From contig JBEWZL010000282.1 of assembly GCA_045837725.1 (NCBI GenBank), forward strand, positions 310,001 to 374,000: a DNA stretch of 64,000 nt, read 5' to 3'. This DNA comes from Vermamoeba vermiformis (lineage: Eukaryota). This document shows positions 13,857-26,508 of the stretch, one piece after another. Each line of letters opens with the position of its first letter. Positions within the stretch are counted from its first letter, which is position 1. The translations under genes were made by a program, and so were the position numbers. The notes beneath the pieces were generated by a model. It worked only from the letters and a program-made list of their open reading frames with translations, was not told the DNA's origin and did not search any database.

Positions 13857-15401
13857 GACTCACTCTCGGTGGTGTGTTAATGTGTACAGGCGAAGACAAT
13901 TCAAAGCACAAAAACAAAATTGCAACACGAAGCCCATTCGTTTCGAAACATGTGAATAGCTGAGCACAACAACGTGCACGCATGCGCTGAAACACACGTA
14001 GTATATCATTAGCGACGTTCCGAGCTGCGACACAAAACACACGGTTGAAGTTTATGTGTTCCGTCGATCTCAATTGAATACAATAACGCTCAAGAACGCA
14101 AATGCTTCGCAACAAATATTCCGTATTAATTACAACCGAGTTTTACCATTGGAAATTTGGAATTTGGAATTGCCTGGCATCTGGCCTTTGACCGCAAGAA
14201 TAATTAATTAATTGTTTTACCGCTTCATTTCAATTATTCTTGTTGGGAAGTGGTAGTCGATTCAATGGGTATGTCATGATCTTTTTGATGAATTTTTTTT
14301 CTTTTTTTTGGGTCTCTTTGCTTTTTTTTTCGTGGGATCTTGATCTAAATTAAATTTATGCAATGTAACCTTGGAAAAGCTTTGCGGAAAGCCTCCACAC
14401 TCTCAATACTGAGCTCTACATGCTATAGAGAGCCTTATAAGAACTCCTCCACTGCAGGCTATTTCTGGCACTTGATCAGATCAAAACGGTTTATAGAATG
14501 CGGACCATATCCTACGCCTCGACCTCGTTGAATACCTTAAAAGCACCTTTTAAAGATGCAACCAAAGATATGCAGCGCGGAAGCAATGTCAAACATGTAA
14601 GGGTGAATTATCCTCTGAGATCGATTCAAACTAGTACGGGTTCTGAGCCCGATGCTGCAGTACGATGCTCAATCAAGCAGCACTAGCCCAGCGCCGCGCT
14701 TGTTTTCTTGATGTTCCGCCGCTGTTGCCGATACAGCAGAGAGGCAATACCTATTCTGGTATCTTGATATGATTGGCAGAAAACATAATCGACACGGCGG
14801 TTGAGAATTACGATAAGATACGCAACTATCTTAGGGTGGCGCATACTATTAAATAATGAAGCTTGGGTGAATTGGAGCGATCCCGGGTAAAAATTCAGTA
14901 TTTAAGTAATTTTACTTAACGCTACGTGGTATGAACCGCTAGGCCTCAGGAACGTACTAAGGATAAGCATGCCGGCATCAATACAATCACGCTGTAACCT
15001 GGGACGCGAGGGAAAGATACGTTTATGTTCTGGGACTATTTCGGGCAGATAAAAAAGGAGATAGATGGATCAAACGAAATCAAGCATCTAGAAGACCGTT
15101 CAGAGCATGAAAATGCAATGTATATTGAAGTAGACATTGACACGCAAATTCAGCCTTCTGAATCTCTGTCTTAGGAGCGCACAAAGCGAATATTTTGATG
15201 AAATTTCGCTGAACCAATGAATTCGCGCCTTTGAGTTTGTTTGATTTAACGGTTACTTGCCAAATATAGGCCTTGTTCTTTTTTCTTCCAACCATGTGCG
15301 TCATGTGCTCCACTTGTTTTGTTTCGATTTTTTATTCATTCGTAGTTTCGCCATGGTTGTAACATCCACTGATCAGTTTATTATTTTATTTTGATTTAAA
15401 T

Positions 15402-17463
15402 ATGGGTGCTCAAATAAGAATAACTGATCTCGATCTGCGGCGCTCAGTTGCCTTAGATCTGGATGATTGCAGCATTAACAGTGAGGATAGCAACAGCAGC
15501 ACATCTGACTTCGACTACAGCAGTTCTAGCGAGGCCAACACACCGCGCGGCTACTACAGCGACTATTGCTCGCCAGTCACCACTATTGCTAGTCAAATTA
15601 ACGCCCTGACTGTGACTGGAAGGACTGCCAAGAGGAGCTTAGTCGATGCGTTCAGCCGTGCTGACTGCCATGATGATGATCATATTGACAACATTAGACT
15701 CACTCGTTCTTACTCGGATCTGCCGGATATAATGGCGCAGGAGAAAGAAAATACGCTGGAGAATGCCATTTCAAATCCGTCAAGTGCTTGCGATGATTTG
15801 TCAACACTGTCGTCTCCTAATACCCTACGTAAGAAGAGGGAGTTTATTCTACGTTCAGGACGGGTACGATCGACATCCAGAACCACTGAATGCAGTTCCG
15901 GAGTAAAAACGAAGAAGAAGCCCAAGCCAAGCATGCTTGCTCGTAGCGTTGAGTTGGAGAAGACTCTTACACCAAGCAAAATTCACCTTCCAATTACTAA
16001 AACAGATTTACACCTCCCTTGCATCCGAGGCAAGCTCCCTGAATTCAACACCCTCTCTGGCGAGACTGTAAGTACCACAATCATATATTATCTTTATATG
16101 GCCAAAGTTGGTCTACATTTTCAATCTCCCCCCTTAATTAATTCAGAGTAAATTCTATTTTTGTTGGATTCGCCCTTTTTAGATCCGATACTTTCGGAAC
16201 TTGAACTCTTTTACTATGCACCCTATTATAAAGACGAAAGGAGGAATAATTACGTAACGAAAAGATTTTGTTTTGACGAACCCGTCAGGGTGTTCCAACT
16301 TTTGAAAAAATATCTAATTATGTCTTTCAATAGGTCTGCAAGTTGATCGACGGTGTTTTTGATTCCATTGACAAGTTCATTATCGTTGATTGCCGATACC
16401 AGTACGAATTTGATGGCGGCCACATCCGTGGAGCAGTCAATATTTGGGATGAGACAAATCTGAAAAATTACTTCTTTTCCACGGCACCCGCCCCCAACAA
16501 AACTACCGTAGTCATCTTTCATTGCGAGTTCTCATCTAAGAGAGGCCCCGATGCGTAAGTATTGTGACAATAGAGTACATATTTAGAAAGCCCGCCCAAA
16601 CAAATTTTAAATTTCTTTTGCTTAGCTACAAAAAAGTTCGCAGTTGGGACCGTACAATCAATTGGGAACGCAATGGAGGAGTCAATTTACATTATCCCGA
16701 GCTCTACTTACTCGAAGGAGGTTATGCCACGTTTTATGAAAAATATCAAGTAAGTAAATTTGTGCAATGCTTAATTGACAGATCGATCCGTTCCCAAGGC
16801 TAAATTTCGCCGTGCATCTCTTTTAGTATTGTTTAATACATGTAATTATTCTTAGGACGTTTATTAATCCTTCCTCCGCAGGCCTATTGCGATGGTGAAT
16901 ACGTGCGGATGAACGACAAGTGCATCCCGACTGAAACCAAGCAAAGAGCTACTAAATTACACAAGTTAACTAAGCGATCCAACTCGTTTGCTGGCTATGA
17001 ATTGCGCACTTCATCCAGTCCAAGCAAACTTGGGACTTATGGTTCAGATTCGCAACTGATTTTGACCGGAAGCCATTCAGCGCCCTCTAGCAGCCGTGGA
17101 GAGGCACAAGAGGAGCGCGACAATGTAGCACCAGTCATCATTCACAAGCCTTTGAAGAGTCAGCGGCGGATCAATTCTTTAAATCGCGACACATTAATCC
17201 CATCGCTGTTAAGTCCGCGGATTACACTACCACATCGCCAATCCCCGACACTACTCACTGGTCGTTCGTCGCTCACTAGTACTCAAGAGTTTGATTGTGA
17301 CGAGGAACAGATGCAGATCGACGAGTCCTTGAGCAGTCCGAGTTCTGGTGTGAATAGCCCGCGCTTGACACCTTCACCCATGCTAGGCAAACTAGTTAAT
17401 CCCAAGTCTAAGTCGTGCTCTTCATTGGACCACGTCTTGCCGACTGTGTACGAAGACGATTGA
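15402..17463 (+). CDS. CDC25: Cdc25 M-phase inducer phosphatase
   Basis: IVDCRYQYEFDGGHIRGA, catalytic FHCEFSSKRGP and YPELYLLEGGY, with Ser-rich regulatory regions on both sides. Confidence 0.95.
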
Positions 17464-17995
17464 AGAAATACAGCAATACAAGTGGATGCGATCCAGCTTT
17501 ATTTTTTGATTTTCAACGCACACATTCGCTTCATCAACAACATCAACATCATAATTACCCTCACCAATGCCCACTCAAGCACGCCCAAACCTATCAGCAT
17601 GCAATTTGTATTCAATAACTATCCCTGTACATTACTTTCCCTTTTTTGTTAATAAACCCCGAGCCTCAGGTCTCACTTTTGTAAAAATGATTAGTACAAT
17701 ACGCAATAGTTTTACTCATACTGCTGTAAACATTAGCCTGCTGCAGAGGCAGGAGATTTTAGCGAGATAGGGGAGCAAGTTCCTAATTTGGACTGGGTTA
17801 AATAGTTGCATGTATCTCGTTACTAATTCTAAATTAGGAAATGAAATCGTCAAATATATCACTTCGGCAAACTAAATCTCTCCAAATAAAGCAATTCGAA
17901 TTTATTTTAACAATTAATATTTACAATTGGAATAGTACAAATATGTAGTGGCCGACTTAACGACCATTACAATGCGCAAGCAATAGGATAGGAGT

Positions 17996-20900
17996 CTATT
18001 GTTTAAATGACTCGCACAACAAGGCCAATTTGTTGCAGACGCGAGTTAATAGGCGTTGATAACGACCTTGGCTTTGTTCGTTGTCCAGCACGCTGCGGAT
18101 CTGCTTTTCGCTCACGGGTCCCCAAAGATTTTCAAAACTTGCTTGAATAGGAGCATGCGGGTAGTGCGCAGAGAGCTCAAATACAACGCGGAACTTGTTC
18201 AGGGACTTGAGACTGCTGAACTCCACGGCGAAGGACAGACCGCGGCCCAGAGTGCTCACGTGCTCAGTGTTGAAGTTGAGTTCGAGACACTTAATCTCGC
18301 GCAGGAGATCACTCATTCTGCCACAGTAAACGGCGAGCTCAGAGAGTTGATCAATAAGCTCGGGGTAACTGCGCACTTGTTCAAATGTTGATTCGAGCTT
18401 GGCTTCTTGTAACAATCTCTCTGCGAGCTGCAACAAAAGTTAGAGGTGGTTCGTATGATTTCAAACAATTGAAGTCTTACTTGTTTGTCCTTGGCTGGGA
18501 CAGCACTGTGTACCGACAAGATGCATCGTGTAACAGTGACTGAGTCAGGTTGAGCAGCGACGTCGAGTGTCACTTCAAACTTGTCGTTGAACTCGAGTTG
18601 GACTTGTTCGGGTGTATAAGTGCGCAATTTCCACTCGCTGACACGTGTCAGTAGCGTGTACAGCTCTTGTTTTTCAACTGCCTTGCGCTGGCTCTCCACA
18701 TTGACGGTGCCAGTGGCTTGACGATCTCGTTGCAACAAGCGAGCCTCAAGTCTGTTCATGGGCAGCTCACGGCGATCGTGTCGCAGTTCAGTCAATGCAG
18801 TCTCAAGCAAAGCCTTCTCGTCATCGAGCAAGCGCTCATCAGTCTGCAGCAAGTTGTAGAACTCTTTGTCGGTGCTCTCAAGCACTGAGATGGCCCAGCC
18901 GTACCATTCCTTCTTAGCTTCAAGATTTGCGCGCAATTGAAGCTCTTTGAGTTGAGCTTTAGCAGCACTGGCTTCATTTTCGCGAGTGCTCATCAATTGG
19001 CCTAGGATTGCAGGAGTGTTCTCTGACAACCAAGGCTCGAGTTCAGCGAGTTGAGCAGTGCAGTTAGCGATGGCATCAGTCATTGTCAAGTTAGCGTCGC
19101 GAGCTGTGTTCACACGTGGGGCCAGAGCTAGTGCACGAGGGGCAGAGGGAGGTCTTGAAGTAATGGATGAGCGGCGACGAGTGTTGGTGGGCTGGGGGGT
19201 CATCTTGGGCCATTCGAGATGAGCGACAGATGTCAACTTGTCGAGGGTCATGCCTTCAACACCAGAGAGCGCTTGAGTCAAGTTCATGGTCTGGTTCTCA
19301 TCGCTAGCCACAGAGTCGCCCGGGTGAGGAAGATTGGCACTGAGAATGGCACCGACAGGTTGGGTCAAATCCATGGCCACTGACAGTCTGCGAGTACGGT
19401 CCTCATCTGTGTGCAGTTGACGCACGCCAATGATGCCACCAATAGGTTGAGTCATATCCATGCCGACTGACATGCGGCGAGTTCTGTTGTCGTCGAAGTT
19501 TTCAGACTCCATCTCCATGCTCTCTTCGACTTCGTGGTTAGCAGCGTTATTGACGCTCAAAATACCGCCGAAAGTTTGAGTCATGTCCATGCCTACTGAC
19601 ATGCGGCGTGTGCGCATATCGGCTTTGTCAGCAGGAGTGTTGGTTTGAGAGGGCAAGCGAGTAGAGAGAATACCACCAAAGGTTTGAGTCATATCCATAC
19701 CGACAGAGACGCGGCGGGTGCGACTGTTAGGTGTGGGGGCAGTTTGACTGGTGTTGACAGCTTCTTGTTCAGTTCTGGCGCTGAGAATGCCACCGAAGGT
19801 CTGAGTCATGTCCATAGCCAGACTTTGTCTGCGGGTCTTCAAAGTGGGTGTTGGGGCGTCGTAGGACATTTGTGAGAGGTTGACAGTCGGAGAGATAGGG
19901 CTGTCTTCAGCTGCAACGCTGTTCGATTTCATGGGTGTGACATTGGCGGCCATATAATCGGTGAGCGAGGGAATGGACAAGCGACGATTGCGCGTCTCTT
20001 TGTCCGAGTTCAAGAGCTGATTGTTGATGCTCAAGATTTGACCGAAGTTCGTGGTCAAGTCCATGCCCACTGATTGTCGGCGGTACTTGGCCAAGTCGTC
20101 TTCCTTGGCGGAGATGATTTTGCTCAAGTTGGCAGTCAGGTCCATGGCTACTGAATCACGACGCGAGGATGACTTGACGAATGTTTTGAGAGCAGACTTC
20201 GAAGGGCTCAACTGTGAAGGCGTTAATGGCTCCGGAGCATCACCTTTGCGAATAAAAGCGTGGATCTGACCAAATGTTTGAGTCATTTCCATCGCTACAG
20301 AGTGACGGCGATTAATATGCGCGTCAGACACGCGCGGTTTAGGGGACTTAGGCAACAAGTTGAGCGGGTCCTGTGAGCACAGAGATCAGAAATTGTTACT
20401 AATATCACCAACGGTAACTTACGTCAGAGCAGATGCGTTGAATTTCATCATCAACGGTGTGGAAGTCAAAATCAGTTTGGTGTGCGATGACTTGTTGTTG
20501 AGGTGCAGCTTTAACAGGTGTCACAGCCAATGTACCGTCACCTTCAGGAAGGTCGTCGTCTTCTTCGATGAGACCAGCAAATGACAGCGAAGTGTTGTTG
20601 GCTATGCGAGGAGCCTCGGACTCCTCCACGTGTTCAACTGTCATGTTCAATTCTTCCGCGGGCTCTGCAGGGGTTTCTTGCACAGGCTCTTCGCTCTGTT
20701 CAGCAGTCTCGGCCTCATCAATCAAGTCACCGAAAGACAACGATTTGGCTGCAGTCTCGACAGCTGGCATGCGTTCAGTGACAGACTCGGGCTCAACATC
20801 AGCATCGGCCTCGTCTTCTTCAATCAACTTGTCGAACGAGTAGCTAACAATGAGGTCTTCTTGGTCCATTTCCTGCACTGCCTCGGGCTCCGATTGAGCG

Positions 20901-21733
20901 GGAACATTAGGTTCCTCATTCTCTTTGTTTTCTTCGACCATCTCTTCTTGTTCTTGAACGACTTCAGCTGCCTTTGGTTCAGGCTTAGATTCTTTAGCTT
21001 TCGCGGCTAAATATCACCGGTTAAAAGTGAAATAAAGACATTACAAATAAGGTCTACATACTCGTGGTGCTCAATGATCGGCGCATGGGATTAACACCGG
21101 TTTTGGCGGTCTTGGGCAAGATCGTAGAAGTTGTGGAAACTGCTTTAAAGTTAGGTTGCTATCGATGGCAGCAAATCACTTATAGTTAGTACCTGAGGCA
21201 CGTCTGTTGCCGTTGACTGTTACCGTAGTCGTGCCGACGGTTGTTCCAGCCTTGCGCGCGTTGTTCGAGATCGGCATCTCAACCCAAGGAGTGTCCTTAA
21301 TCGGATCATCAGTCTCTATATTCATATTGATTAATTCAATAAACTTACTTCGGTGATTTGTGGATTCGTAACAACGGCAGGTTTGTTCTCCGGGAGAGGA
21401 ATGAGAGCATTGCCGCTTCCAGCACCAGAAATGCGTCTCTTCTTCGCAGGTGGTTTGGAGAGCTCTGTTTCATAATATTTAACTTGCTCCAATTCTGCTG
21501 AAAAACTAACTCGGCGCTTCTCGGCTTGTTTTCTTTTTCTTTTTCTTTACGTAATAACATTAATTAAATGCATATTATAATAATTATTATTAATATTACT
21601 TGTCTGATTGAGAGGTCTTCATAATTGATTTTGTTTTGCTCGGGGTAACAGCTTCCAGATTTTCTTTTTCTACTGCCTCCTCCGTCATTTTACGGACGGG
21701 CTCGCTGTCTCGTCTAAAAAGTCGATTCATCAT
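17996..21733 (-). CDS. KNL1: Kinetochore scaffold KNL1/Spc105/Spc7
   Basis: N-terminal KSIMK (SILK-like) and KRRVSF PP1 motifs after splicing, eight MELT-like repeats RRxSV(G/A)M(D/E)(M/L)T, a coiled coil and a C-terminal RWD-like region (VVFELSAHYPHAPI). Confidence 0.9.
19350..20310 (-). repeat. Array of eight RRxS-MELT-like repeat modules in KNL1
   Basis: RRHSVAMEMT, RRDSVAMDLT, RRQSVGMDLT, RRQSLAMDMT, RRVSVGMDMT, RRMSVGMDMT (twice) and RRLSVAMDLT, mostly followed by Q(T/P)(F/I/V)G(G/Q/A)I. Confidence 0.9.
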
Positions 21734-21790
21734 GGGTGTAAATAATATTGATGAATCCTTTGTGGTGCTTCACGCAACGATTCGCGGGTG

Positions 21791-21803
21791 ATTGGGCGCG
21801 AAA
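21791..21803 (-). promoter_or_regulatory. Candidate E2F site with adjacent CCAAT box upstream of KNL1
   Basis: TTTCGCGC on the minus strand (21796-21803) abuts CCAAT, about 60 bp upstream of the start. A similar TTTGGCGC lies at 153-160 upstream of the first gene. Short motifs only. Confidence 0.35.
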
Positions 21804-21924
21804 GTTTTAAATTTTTAGTCAACAAATAAAGGCGGGCTTTTTTTGGTTTAACGGCTAGTCGACTACTTTATTTCGTTTCGAACATAAAACAATGCTTTAT
21901 GTTTACATAAAGACGCTTGTATCC

Positions 21925-23413
21925 TTAGAAAAGATAGATTTGCTCAAAGGAGTTGAAACCTGAGAGTACGTTATTAGATTCGCGCGAGTGTCTCGATAGT
22001 TTAAAATTTCATACCATAACCGCCAGCACCAGAGAATACTGGCGAAAAGTTGTAAATTAATCTCTTATTTTCTTCATTGGCATCAGCAAACTTGTGAGTA
22101 TTCTTTCTCGCTGCGCAGTGTTGTTAATCCACAATAAACAGATCTGCTGCTTACCTTCTTGGACGAAGAAGTTAGCCATGTATTGAGAAACTTTGATGGC
22201 CTCGGGAGTGTGAGGAATAACTTCTTGCGCGTACCACTCACTACAAAGTTGTTAATTATAATTCATCGCAACAGACGTACGTACAATGCTGGTTTTTCAG
22301 GGTGCCACTGCACACCATAGATCGGGTATTTTTTGCCTAATATTGTAAGTAAATACTCTGACGTCAGAGAGGCCATTCAGTCGGGCTCACCTTCAATCGT
22401 CGAAACAAAAACCTTGCCCTGACGGTCGGTGTTGGTGGTGATCACGTGATAGAACTCGGCGAGATGTTTGTTATCTAAATAAGGAAATTAGCGTGAAGAG
22501 CTTGCATTGTAAATGACACGTGTCAAATACGTACTCTTGAATGAGTCAGGACCCACACCCCAGTTGTGGTTGTTCATTGTGACGTTGAGTGTAGCCATCA
22601 CATTCAACAGATCATAACTCGCGCCTTTGAAGATACGGCTCGACTTGTAATCGGCTGCAAAGTCCAAGTTCCTGCGTCGAGAGCGTAAGTCTACTGCTTA
22701 TTTGCCACAACTAATAACCTCGTACATCGCAATGTTCCACGCATCAAACTTGGTCAGCAAATTGAGGTCTTGACTGGTGATCATGGACAGCCATTCAAAG
22801 CCCATGCAGTGACCGAAGATTGGAAAGTAATCGCCCTTGTTGTTTGCCTAGTAATGCGACGCGTGAATAAGAGTGCATGTAATGAATGCTATGACATACT
22901 TCTAAGGCGAGATCATAAATATATTTGCCGGCCAAATACAAGGTCGTGTTGGTGAGATCTGCTCCACCTCCTGGGAACAAAACACCGTTGACGCTATTGA
23001 ACATGTGTTTTAGTTCAGCGCGAGTGGCGTTGTAGCTAATTGCCGAGTCAAGCGATACAACGTTGTAATTGAAAGAATATCCAATTAATTTTGAATTTTC
23101 CAACGCATTATTAAAAATTACGAAGATATTGAGTGGTGAGTTGATATTAAGGATACAATATGGGGACTACTCGAGCACCAGCACTCTCAACGTACTATTA
23201 ATAATAGCCATTAGAAAATGTCCGCGATCGGGTCGGTTAAAATGACATTAGTACCTTGACATAACTCGCAGCAATGTATTGATTAGGACCACTTCGTGCC
23301 TCATCTTCAGCGGTTGGTTGAGTCATAATGCCGATGATTGGGCGCAGATTAGCACCGAGGGCAATGCAGCTGACCCAAGCTACAACAACTCCGAGAGTCC
23401 AATAAGAGCGCAT
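21925..23413 (-). CDS. GGH: Gamma-glutamyl hydrolase (peptidase C26) with signal peptide
   Basis: RPIIGIMTQP, YIAASYVK, GVLFPGGG, FPIFGHCMGFE, NNHNWG and YGVQWHPEK. Confidence 0.93.
23036..23156 (-). other. U12-type GT-AG intron in GGH
   Basis: Minus-strand donor GTATCCTTA, branch-like TCGCTTGAC 12 nt before TAG. The join gives VVPIF-YNATRAELK in frame. Confidence 0.8.
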
Positions 23414-23581
23414 TCCAATAATTATTGTGTGGTAAATTGACTGGTCTCAGTGCAGATAAACAGCGGAACGTCAAGAATTTGGTTGGAGTTCTCCACGCGA
23501 ACAAAAAAACAGGAGCACCGAATTGTGGCATTTTTGTCGCCTTTTCTTTGCTATATAACACGTTTCATATATATCACTATC

Positions 23582-24127
23582 ATGCCGAAGTATTTTTGTG
23601 ATTATTGCGATATTTGGTTGTAAGTAAAAGCTTCTCACCCAAAACAAGCTCCTGACTCCGAATACGGACCCGTAATAATTATTAATAATAATTTATTTAT
23701 GTAATAACAATTGTACTTCAGTGCTGTAGAAGTTTTTTTATTAATTTTTTTTGTTTCATATTGATAATAATTTTCCTTTAGAACCCACGATAGCAAATCC
23801 GTTAGGAAGTCACACAATGAAGGATGGAGACACAAAGAAAATGTTAGAAATTATTACAATTTATTGATCGAATTTGGTGAGGTTCAACTCACACCTGAAG
23901 CTTATGGTAAGATCGCTAATTCTAATTGCACTTATCTAATACTCTTAGCAATGCAATTTATGCCCCAATACAATCAATCATATGGAGGTCACGGCGGACA
24001 TGGAGGTCACGGAGGTGGTCATCGAGGAGGTCGTGGAGGCTTTGGTGGTGGATTCAAGCGTGATCGTGACGAGGGAGGTCACCGACATCCTGATGAACCT
24101 CCTTATAAGCGCGAGAGACACTATTAG
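23582..24127 (+). CDS. SNRPC: U1 snRNP protein C
   Basis: Spliced N-terminus [38 protein letters not shown] (matrin-type zinc finger) and a Gly/His/Arg-rich tail. Confidence 0.95.
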
Positions 24128-24242
24128 AGCAAATAAGAGTGTTGAACATTGTACAGTTATTGGTAAAGTCTAAATTATATTTAACTACTTAGATCCGTTT
24201 TATTCTCACTGAATAGCGACGAGTTGAATACTAGTGAGGAAA

Positions 24243-26263
24243 TTATTTCTTGGGCACATAAGGCTCAGGACCAATCATCTTCTCGGGGCGGACAATGCGA
24301 TCAAAGTCCTCGAGGGAGACATAGCCAAGAGCACGAGCAGCTTCTTTGAGTGAAGTGCCTTCTTTGTGGGCCTTTTTGGCGGTCTGAGCAGCCTTGTCGT
24401 AACCAATGTAGGGGTTAAGGGCAGTGACCAACATGAGGGACTCGTTCATCAAAGTCTCAATGCGCTTGCGGTTGGCTTCAATGCCGACAACGCAGTTCTT
24501 AGTGAAGGAGCGAGCACCATCACCGAGGAGTCTGACGGACTGCAAGACATTCTTAATCATCACGGGCTTGAAGACGTTCAACTCGAAGTGACCGTTAGAG
24601 CCACCAACAGAGACAGCAGTTTGGTTGCCCATCACTTGTGCGCACACCATGGTCAAGGCCTCGCACTGAGTGGGATTGACCTTGCCGGGCATGATCGATG
24701 AGCCAGGCTCGTTCTCGGGCAACAACAATTCACCGAGACCGCAGCGAGGACCAGAGCCCAAGAGACGAATGTCATTGGCAATCTTCATCAACGACACGGC
24801 AACAGTGTTGAGAGCTCCGTGGCACTCAACCAAAGCGTCGTGAGCGGCGAGAGCTTCGAACTTGTTGGGGGCAGTGATGAACGGCAGACCAGTCAACTTG
24901 GCAATTTCAGCGGCAATCTTCTCAGCGAAGCCGATGTAAGTGTTGAGACCCTGCGATTGGAAGTGAGACACGTGTCACATGCCGGTGTCAATGCAAGACT
25001 TACAGTACCGACGGCAGTGCCACCTTGAGCAAGCATGTAGACGCGAGGCAAAGTGCTCTCAATGCGTTGAATGCCGTACTCGACTTGAGTCACGTAACCA
25101 CTGAACTCTTGGCCCAAAGTCAAGGGAGTAGCGTCTTGAGTGTGAGTGCGACCAATCTTGATGATGTCGTTGAACTCTGTAGCCTTGGCTTGCAATGCAG
25201 CGTGCAATTCCTTGAGGGACGGCAACAAGTTGTTGTTGATTTCCATTGCAGCGGCAATGTGCATGGCAGTGGGGAAGCTAAAACCAGTCAGTACGAACAC
25301 AGTTTTTTGTTAGGCATCAAGGTGCGCACCTGTCATTCGAGGACTGGCTCATGTTCACGTGATCGTTGGGGTGCACTGGCTTCTTGGAGCCCATTTGACC
25401 ACCGAGGGCTTCAATAGCTCTGTTGGACAAGACCTATAGAAGATACAGATAATTAGAATTTGTAAGCGGGAGTAACCGGATGTACTTATGCTGCATATGT
25501 ACCTCATTGACGTTCATGTTGGTTTGAGTGCCCGAACCAGTCTGCCACACCACGAGAGGGAAGTGCTCGTATCCAACCTTGCCGGAAATTACCTAATAAG
25601 GTAATGATATAGTCAGCAATCAGTCCCAGTACAAAAGAAGGATCAGATCCAATCCTAGCGTACCTCATCGGCGGCTTGAACAATGGCTTGAGAAACTTTA
25701 GCGTCCAATCCGTACTCTTTGTTGACAATAGCAGCTGCTTTCTTCAAAATAGCAAATGCCTTAATGAGGGGCAAGGGCATGCGTTCAGTTTCACCTCCAA
25801 TATCGAAGTTCTGGAATGAGCTGATAATATTATAATTATTAAAACTCCGCTGCTTGGTCACCTAATTATTTATATTCTTGCAGGGTGGTTGCCTTTTCCC
25901 AAATTTATTGTGGATCCAGAGTGAATTCATTAAATATAAAATATCGCGGCGCAACATCTACTATTAAACCTTGTCCCGTGACATAAAATTACGGTAAAAA
26001 ATTGTCATTATTATTTGATAATTGTTTACGTAAAAAAATAAAGTGTTGTGGTGATCTGAAAGAACTTACCGCTGAGTTTGAGCACCCCAGTACTTATCAG
26101 AAGGTACTTGAATATCACCAAATGTGTCCTTTTCAGTTCTGAAGCCCTTCGCGCTGTACATCCTAGTCGCGCTACGTGAGGCAGCGAACAGGCTGGTGGT
26201 GGCGCGAGTGCGACCAGTGCGAGTCAAAGCGCGGGCCAAAACTTTAGTGGAGGTGCGAAGCAT
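24243..26263 (-). CDS. FH: Class II fumarate hydratase, mitochondrial precursor
   Basis: Arg/Ser/Thr-rich presequence, [20 protein letters not shown] and the signature [15 protein letters not shown]. Confidence 0.97.
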
Positions 26264-26508
26264 GGTGGTGTGTAGTTAAAATAACGATAGTCTGCCCACC
26301 GCGAATTTTTTTTAAAATAACCGGATCGCGGCTTTAGCCGTAAGACTAGTCCAGAGACGGAAAGACTCCACTGCTTATGCACTGTTCATTTCTTTAAACT
26401 ATTTCCACGAGTTCAAGTGAATTTCAGTACTGAAAGCTGACGTCGTCGTTTTCATGAACAGCCCATTGTTTATTTACTTACTTTCAAACAGGAAACACGA
26501 CACTTAAG

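Noticed and set aside
14825-14840. TTAGGG-containing segment as telomerase RNA template or telomeric repeat
   Set aside because: A single hexamer with no 1.5-repeat template or array. Similar isolated hits at ~5752 and ~63438 are expected by chance.
21919-21926. GTATCCTT next to the GGH stop codon
   Set aside because: It is on the non-coding strand and has no matching branch or acceptor.
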